A DNA stretch of 64,000 nt from Haliotis rufescens (Eukaryota): contig NW_025964223.1 in assembly GCF_023055435.1 (NCBI RefSeq), positions 25,234,001-25,298,000 on the forward strand, given 5' to 3'. The position numbers and the translations under genes are program-made. The notes beneath the pieces are model-generated. The model saw only the letters and a list, made by a program, of their open reading frames with translations. It made no database searches and had not been told where the DNA came from. Below are positions 56,540 through 64,000 of this stretch, one piece after another. Position 1 is the stretch's first letter; each line of letters begins with the position of its first letter.

Positions 56540-59060
56540 CATTAAACGTGTGTCTAGAAGCATAGGTATAATATGTTTGCACTGTTAATTAGGCACTAAG
56601 ATCATCATAACCTGAACATAATACAAGCTGTCTAACTTTAGAGGCCCAGTTTGATTTACCGTTGTGCGAAGCAGTAAGTAACAAAATATTGGATTTTCTT
56701 ACAAACCTTGAGTCAGGCATATCTAAACTTTTACACCAATATTTGAAATGGTAATGGTTTTAGTATTGACAAACATTTAAAAGCACCATATAGAATCTTC
56801 TTAGCTTGCAAGGAAGCATCTTTTACGTGTTTTGACCATGATAGAAATTTAGTAAACGTTAATCCTCAGTATTTATATCAAGGTACACATACAAGCGGTT
56901 GTCCATCATACTTCCATTTCTCATAGTTAGATAACATTCCTCCATCCTTAAAACAATAACCTTGGTCTTTTCCAAATTAACACATAAATGGTAATTTTCA
57001 CAAAAAGATTTTAAAGCATCTATGCTTCTTTGTAGTCCATACACTGTATCAGAAATCAAAATAACATCGTCTGCAAATAATAATAAAAACAACTGTACAA
57101 GTTCAGGTTGGAACTGGATACCTGGTCCGCAGGGGGCCTCTACTTCAATTACTTATTCATTTATAAGAAAAAGTGAACAAAAGCAGACTTAAAACACTGC
57201 CTTTTCTAGCCCGAAGTACACTCAAAAGCATGGGAAGTAGTAGTATTAGCCCTAACACAGGCTTTAACACATTTGTAAATAGATTGTAAAGCTTGGAGAT
57301 ATTTTAAAGATGTGTACTTTTTAACACATGCCATAATTTAGGTCTAAATACCAGGTCAAATGCCTTCTTAAAATCAACAAAAACTGCATATATTTTTTCA
57401 TCTTTTTTAGACAGGTAAGTTTGGACGACTGCCTGTAAAGATTATTGTCGATAGAACTATAACCGTTTGGAAAACCTGCTTTTGACTCCAAAATATTATC
57501 ACAAGTGTACGTTGGACCAATAAGTTAACCTATTGTTTAGTACTGCTGTATATACCTTACTAAAAATACTTAACAATGTAATTCCTCTGTAATTGTTCGG
57601 GGAGTGAGTATCATCTTATATTTAGGCCTGTACACCATGAAGCTGGAAGGTAGCCTGTACGAAACAGTATATTAAATACAAGTTCCATATGTGGTACAAA
57701 AATGTCTTGTAAAGCATATCAATACCCGAGGAATTATTACATTTGATATCCCCAATGACTTTAAATATTTCCTCCTTAGTTATTGCAGAGTCTATTATAT
57801 CTTTAGTTATGTCTGCATTGTGACTGCATGATTCAGTTCCACTGGCAAAGGCACCTTCGCCGTCATCCTCATTCAAGTCATGTTCAGGAGTGTCAAATAA
57901 ATTTTAAAAATGTTCAAACCACTTTTCAGTCGTTACTGGCGATTTATATAAATCTGAAACCTTAAGCTGTTTTAGAGTCCACCGAAACCTTTTGGCATCA
58001 TGCGTGCTAGATAATAATTTATCTTTCATTTTATCAGAATATAGACGTTTCTTATCACGTACAATACTGGTATATATATTCCGAGATGTGATGTACAGTT
58101 GTAATGAGACATTTTCCTTGCAACGTCTAAAACATGTAAGTAGCCTGTCTCTTTCCATCCTATAAAATGTTATTGTTTTTTTAGTCTGTAAGATAATTTC
58201 TTCATGGATTCCCCAGCGTTACAGTTAGGATGATCAGGTGACTGCAACGTGTACGAGATCGGCAAATGAACGGACTCCGCACGGGAAACGATCAATCAAA
58301 TCAATAACGTAATCAATAAGGCATGTTCCTGAAGAACTGATCGTAAGATCGGCAATTCCTGCATCTGAACCGGATCTACCATTTAATATATTTAAGTTTA
58401 AGGAAGAGAATATATGGATGTCAACTTCTTTATTATGAGGAACACAACGTTTCAGAGCACATACTTACTCCTTCATCAGGTTTAAGGTCGCACATAATTC
58501 TAAAAGTCTTCTTCCAAACTTATTATTTATCTTATTACATGAATATCTGGTTAAGTTAAGGAATCAGCAAGAAAGTCAAATTGACCTACGCCTAGTTGTT
58601 CAGCAATATATGTCACCGACATCTACTCCAATGCAGGCGTTAAAATCTCCACCGAGGTGAAATTCGACATCCCCAACATCTAGCAGGAGTCCAACAAACC
58701 CTCTTGGAGCAATGTAATTACACACTTTGATCCACAGTGAATTACCCTATGGTCATACCAAATCATCTTCCCGAGGCAAGAGAGTGAACTGAGTCAACAG
58801 ACAGTATAAATATTTAAATTATTTCGAGTATTAGCCGCCACCCTACTTGAGAGAACTTCCCACGTGCAATCTAGAATATAAACCAAATGTGATTTCCAAG
58901 GTGGAATTTACTGTAAAAACAAACTATGGTATACGCTATTCATGTATCTATAAATAAGAACAAGGCGTTAAAGATGGACAGGATGTTACGAGAAACAAAG
59001 CAGTAATTCGCAATCACGATCAAGCATTGACCGGAAGAGTATATTTTTTGCACATGGGTA
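56540..59060 (-). mobile_element. Decayed non-LTR retrotransposon (endonuclease + reverse transcriptase), multiply frameshifted
   Basis: Minus-strand fragments: LGGDFNA (~58650) and LIDYVI (~58310) from the endonuclease; YRGITLLS (~57590), FVDFKKAFD (~57370) and LLLFADD...VNLEKTKVIV (57090-56950) from the RT. Confidence 0.85.
58441..58480 (-). ncRNA. Minimal type-I hammerhead ribozyme motif (Penelope-like)
   Basis: Minus strand CTGATGA-A-GGAG-TAAGTATGTG-CTCT-GAAA-CGTT, followed by AATAAAGAAGTTGACATCCATA, a tail shared with the 6755-6930 element. Confidence 0.7.
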
Positions 59061-59400
59061 GGTTTCCATCGGTTTTTCTTGAGTCAGATAGTAATAATTG
59101 CAGACCTCTCTGATTTTCTGAAAAAACACAAAAATACCATAATTAATTTACTGATGCTAAATAACTTATGACAAGATAGTATGGATGATCAACTTATTAT
59201 CACAATTGCAGCGATGTTTCACCACTTGCTTGATAACAGTGTTAGCATCTACATCCAACATTGCCACAACTCAAATATCTTATACGAACCAGCAAATACA
59301 AGAAGCATTTGCTATTTTATTTGAAGAAAGGGGAGAAATATGTAAGTCCAAAGACTCAAACCACTTTACCCTCTCACCTAATTTGCCTTTTCCCATTAAG

Positions 59401-59665
59401 CTGGTTGGTTTGTTGTTTAACGCCGCACTCAGCAATATTCCAGCTATATGACGGCGGTCTGTAAATAATCGAGTCTGGACCAGACAATCCAGTGATTGAC
59501 ATCATGAGCATCGATCCACCCAATTGGGATCGATGACATGCATCAACCAAGTCAGCGAGCCTGACCACCCGATCCCGTTAGTCGCCTTTTACGACAAGCA
59601 TAGTCACCTTTTACGGCAAGCATGGGTTGCTGAAGACCTATTCTACCCCGGAATCTTCACGGGTC
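59401..59665 (-). mobile_element. SINE-like family D, full-length copy
   Basis: TSD TTTCCCATTAAG at 59389-59400 and 59666-59677. Other copies at ~15100-15310 (-), 41414-41660, 43648-43845, 46358-46625, 54558-54790 and 63725-63965 (+). Confidence 0.88.
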
Positions 59666-60060
59666 TTTCCCATTAAGAAACAAATATGATTATATTTAGC
59701 AGTTTTAACCCATGACACAGTCGCTTAAAGGCTCTCCATCAAGAAACTGAAGAGGTTTCTCTGCTAAATAATTGCAAGGTGATTTAATCATTCATTCCTT
59801 CACTTTTAAAAAAACATTAATTTGCATCACTAATCGTTCTTTACAATTTTCTCTAGTTTTGCATGCGAATGTTTGTTTGGCTCGCTCCTCCAGGTGTTGG
59901 TCCACGCTGTAGCAAGTGTGTGGGAGTGCGTTGGGTTTAACACCGCTTTTTGCAATATTATGCCTTCGAACAGGGTACCAATGAGGAAATCGAAACCTGG
60001 TGTTGGACAAATTAATCCAGTGAGGGAAACAACCGTAAAAATATGGATTTGACAATTTAC

Positions 60061-61760
60061 CTCCCGAAACTTCACCTGCGGATCTTAGTCGTAGAGGTTG
60101 CCTGTGAAAAGCAAACATGATCAGTTAATTTATTTTCATATCAATAAATATTTTTTAATAACAGAGTTGAACATATAGAAGCAATTGAAGCATTATCATT
60201 CAGGATATGCCTTGGTAATTGTGAAGATTCATTTTGCGCTTTTATATGACGTAGGTAAGTCTGTGAGAGATGAATTGAGAATGAGAACTGACAGTGTGAA
60301 TCTGATTATCCATACAAAATACATACAAGAGTCATAACATATACACTTCTCAGTATGGGTTTCACTTTCCTGACACAACCGGGTATTACCACATTTGTTC
60401 CGATCAAAGATTAATACGTTCATTATTCTACAATTAAAATACTCCAAAGCATGAAATGTAAACAGGGGTTCCAAGAAGTGATAATGAGTGCTAAAAACTG
60501 GAGAACATTCGCAACCAAGATCGGCCGAAGTGCATTTTATACCTCCCGAACTGGACCCCGTCCTCGATAGTTTCCGGCAAGTCTCTGTCGAGTGTCTCCG
60601 GCAGGAAGAGGGCCAACAAACCTACCAGGACGGCCAGACTGCCAAACATCAATAACGGTAGGACACGACCGAAGTCCCCACCAACAAACTTGCCCTTTAT
60701 AAGAAAGTGGTTGTAATAAGAGGTATGTCATTGGTCAATTTCAAAACAGTGACTTTGATTTAGGATCGCTTGACCAGTAAATCAGTTATATAAGTATATT
60801 TGATGTGGAATGAGAGCCCGAAGTAATGCAGGTCTTACAATGACACCAGTGAGGAAACAACCTGGGAAGCTAAGGAAACTGTACCTCTCAGTTGATTTTA
60901 TTATCTGTTTGATTTTCAATTGAAGTTAGCCACATTACATCTTAAATATGAACTCTACTGTTGCTTAGTCAGCAATCAATGAATACTTCTGCATGGCTTT
61001 AGATTTTTAAAATTATAATTTGATTTAAAACTTTTAAAAGTTAGTATTTAAAAATATAATACGAATAAAACATAATATAATCGCATAATACACAGTAGGG
61101 TAGGGAGCCATGTGGTTGCTAATTCATTTCTTACTCCAGTCTTCATTGAACCAATTAATTTTTTTTTAAATTATCCAGCTACATGTTACTTTTTACAAAC
61201 TGTTGCTGGATTGAGTAATTGTTAAATAGACATAAATATATAATAAAATTTAACCACAGTTCTTTCAATTACAAAAAAAACTCGGTATACTGTCCTTTGT
61301 TCCTGAGTGTACAAAATGGCACTGTTTGTACATGTCTTAGTTATGTTGCTATCCCGCTATGTATGTCCTGACCTAAATTGTCCATTAACAGTACACATCT
61401 CAGCGAACCCGTCACCACCCCTCCTACAAATGACCCCGTGTCTCCCTCGCTCAGGGTTCAATGAATATATATCATATATTCCATAAGTGACAAAATCGCA
61501 TCTCAACACCAGATACACATCAGGAACAAAATGCAAATTAAGAAAGACTTCACCAATCCTAAAGGACAAACCCCTTACCATGTCGACAACATAAGGAGCG
61601 ACCATGGCCCCTGCCCGTGCACAAGAGGAGCTTGCCCCGGTGGCAGAGTGGCGGATGACAGTGGGGAACAGTTCTGAGGAGAAGATGTAGATGATCAGAA
61701 AGCCTCCCGTGGACCCCAGCTTTCCTACCATAGCGAGCAGGACCGTGACCCACTGTAATG
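60061..61760 (-). CDS. SLC22-family organic cation transporter-like MFS protein, 3' exons (5' part beyond the right edge)
   Basis: Exon 61760-61579 (LAMVGKLG...IYIFSSELFPTVIRHSATGASSSCARAGAMVAPY) and exon 60694-60543 (PLLMFGSLA...LFLPETLDRDLPETIEDG). A 41-nt exon at 60101-60061 and a terminal exon starting at 55230 are plausible but unconfirmed. Confidence 0.88.
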
Positions 61761-62029
61761 CTGAAGAAGAAATACGTTTCTGTTTACATTATTCGGTTGG
61801 TACCAGTGAGTGAGTGAGTTAAAGCTTTACGTCACATCGGCAATATTTCAGCCATATCGTGGTTGGTACCAACACACATATAACGTGTTATCTCAAAAGG
61901 ACCTAAAGTCCAAGTGAGCTATTACTAGGTGCGTTTTCCGTTGTCCTTAATTAGACCTTTGCTCTTTGCACGGTCTCCCCTGAACAGCTGGCCTGATGAA
62001 GGGGACGTGCGTGTTCCTTCTTATAAATA

Positions 62030-63535
62030 TACTCAACAACAAAAGTTCCCGTGACATCAATATGTTACTGTAATTTTCAAACAAGTAAAGTTTGGTTTTC
62101 AATATTGTAGTACATGTATGGAATCAAGTCACAAAAACGCAACTGCTACAGAAAAGCATGCATTCCATTCAAAACATTTATGCAAGCCCCAGGCATTTCA
62201 CTGCCTAACAATGGGTATAAAAACATGTGAGTTAACGGGATTCCATATGCATTGTTTAGCATCGTGATGACAACAACCACTCAGAAAAACAACAAAATTA
62301 CGCAATTATTCAACATTACGAAATGCCACGCCTGTCCGAAAATGAGCGTCTGCGAGCCATTGGTATGCTTGAAGCAGGATCGAGTCAACTTGATGTTGTA
62401 AGACAATTTAACGTCCATAGAAACACCATTTGGTGCTTATGGCAACGTTGGCAACAGGCGCATACAGTCAGAGACCATCCTCGGAGTGGCAGGCCACGCG
62501 TAACCAATAATCGACAAGACAACTGGATTCGAACAACACACCTACGAAATCGATTCCAGCCAGAAACAGAGACTGCAAGAAGCATCCCTGGCCTTCGACG
62601 AATATCTTCACAACCCTTACGTCGCCGCCTCAGATGTGCAGGGATTGTCGCCAGAAGACCCGCCAGACGTCCCATTTTGACAGGAAACCACCGTCAAGCA
62701 CGCCTACAGTGGTGCAGACAGCGTCTACGCTGGACGGCCATGCATTGGGGACAAGTTCTATTCACTGACGAGTCTCGTTTTCACCTCAGCCACAGCGATG
62801 GACGGATTCGAGTGTACCGACGTCGAGGTGAACGTTACATAAATCATTGTGTCATGGAAGAAGATCGGTTCGGGGGCGGCAGCGTTATGGTATTGGGTGG
62901 GGTTACAGCAAGACAGAGGACCCGTTTGATAGTGGTAGAGGGAAATCTCAAAGGACAGCGCTACCGCGACGAGATCATCGTCCCTGTTGTTCTACCGCCT
63001 TTGCGTCGTCATGGCCCAGGCATTACCTTTCAACATGACAACGCCCGGCCTCATATTGCTCGACTTGTTCAGGATTCACTTCAACAAAACAACGTCAATG
63101 TCATCCCCTGGCCGGATCGCTCCCCTGATCTCTCACCAATCGAGCACATGTGGGATGAGATGGATCGGCGCCTTCGACGTCAGCCACGTGTTCCACAGAC
63201 ACTCCAGGAACTTCGAAACATGCTCCAGCAGATATGGACATATATCCCACAGGACTTTGTGCGACGCCTGGTCCATTCCACGACACGAAGATGTGTTGCT
63301 TGCATCGCAACCAGAGGGGGAAACACACGCTATTGATTTGTAAATTGACATTTTGGCATGTTCATGTTTGTTTATGAAATCACGCATTTTCTGAAGTCCG
63401 TATGGCAAATTAAACCATTTGAACACTTACAGGAGTCTTTTATCTGTTGCAAACCGAAATTGTTTCAGATTTGGTAAAAAACATATCTGTGCATTAAATC
63501 TTATTCAATGTCACAGGAACTTTTGTTGTTCAGTA
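62030..63535 (+). mobile_element. Full-length Tc1-family DNA transposon (~1.5 kb) in an SLC22 intron
   Basis: 28-bp TIRs TACTCAACAACAAAAGTTCCCGTGACAT / ATGTCACAGGAACTTTTGTTGTTCAGTA (2 mismatches), flanked by TA on both sides and enclosing a transposase ORF. Confidence 0.95.
62323..63336 (+). CDS. Tc1 transposase, DD34E, 337 aa
   Basis: N-terminal HTH with RSGRPRVT linker; FTDESRF, FQHDNARPH and SPDLSPIEHMW; 34 residues between the second D and E. Confidence 0.93.
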   Translation: MPRLSENERLRAIGMLEAGSSQLDVVRQFNVHRNTIWCLWQRWQQAHTVRDHPRSGRPRVTNNRQDNWIRTTHLRNRFQPETETARSIPGLRRISSQPLRRRLRCAGIVARRPARRPILTGNHRQARLQWCRQRLRWTAMHWGQVLFTDESRFHLSHSDGRIRVYRRRGERYINHCVMEEDRFGGGSVMVLGGVTARQRTRLIVVEGNLKGQRYRDEIIVPVVLPPLRRHGPGITFQHDNARPHIARLVQDSLQQNNVNVIPWPDRSPDLSPIEHMWDEMDRRLRRQPRVPQTLQELRNMLQQIWTYIPQDFVRRLVHSTTRRCVACIATRGGNTRY

Positions 63536-63724
63536 TACTTTATATTTTGTTCAGATAGTTCTGACATCAGGTGTTTTTTAAGTTTAATAATTTTAGGAAA
63601 GTCCGCTTTGTGTAAGGACTTTTGTAAGGAATCGATTAGGAGGGCATAACATCCGACCACAGCGTCCAGCTGTACATCCAATTTCGTAATCGAACTGCAC
63701 TCCTGACATGGTTAAGAGGTTCAG

Positions 63725-63965
63725 GACCCGCGAAGGATCCGAGTTAGAAAAGGTCATCAGCAACCCATGCTTGTCGTAAAAGGCGACTAACGGGATCGGG
63801 TGGTCAGGTTCACTGACTTGGTTGATGCATGTCATCGTATACAATTGCGTGGATGGATGCTGTTGATGTCAATCACTGGATTGTCTGGTCCAGACGCGAT
63901 TTTTTTAGACCGCCGTCATATAGCTGGAATATTGCTGAGCGCGGCGTTAAACAACAAACAGACAA
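63725..63965 (+). mobile_element. SINE-like family D copy
   Basis: Starts GACCCGCGAAG; AGGTTCAG on both flanks. Confidence 0.82.
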
Positions 63966-64000
63966 ATAAAACAAATTCAGACAAAAACAGGTTCAGGTTA

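Noticed and set aside
58590-58680. Extra SLC22 exon
   Set aside because: It translates to a GDFNA endonuclease motif and belongs to the LINE remnant.
61992-62020. Third hammerhead (CTGATGAAGGGGAC...GTTCC)
   Set aside because: The GAAA half of the core is missing; at most a truncated remnant beside the Tc1 insertion.

Overview
Animal genomic DNA. The SINE repertoire and gene set suggest a mollusc, probably a gastropod such as abalone (inference). Five host genes are visible. (1) COPB1 (coatomer beta), minus strand: 21 coding exons at 27375->3094, a probable non-coding first exon near 33.7 kb, and last exons off the left edge. (2) A PHYHIP/PHYHIPL-family gene with 4 coding exons, nested antisense in an 11-kb COPB1 intron and preceded by a compact STAT/NF-kB/IRF motif cluster. 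(3) An intronless non-alpha nicotinic-receptor-like Cys-loop channel. (4) An 11-exon GMC oxidoreductase. (5) The 3' exons of an SLC22-type transporter, minus strand. Mobile DNA comprises a full-length DD34E Tc1 element, a decayed LINE, four SINE-like families sharing a 3' stem-loop, several MITEs and two Penelope-type minimal hammerhead motifs; several minisatellites are also present. Best leads: the putative immune-inducible nested PHYHIPL gene; a promoterless SINE-like family with a structured, sharply defined 5' end (candidate self-processing RNA); and a minisatellite made of in-frame copies of a COPB1 splice donor. All coordinates were read by eye and may be off by a few bases.
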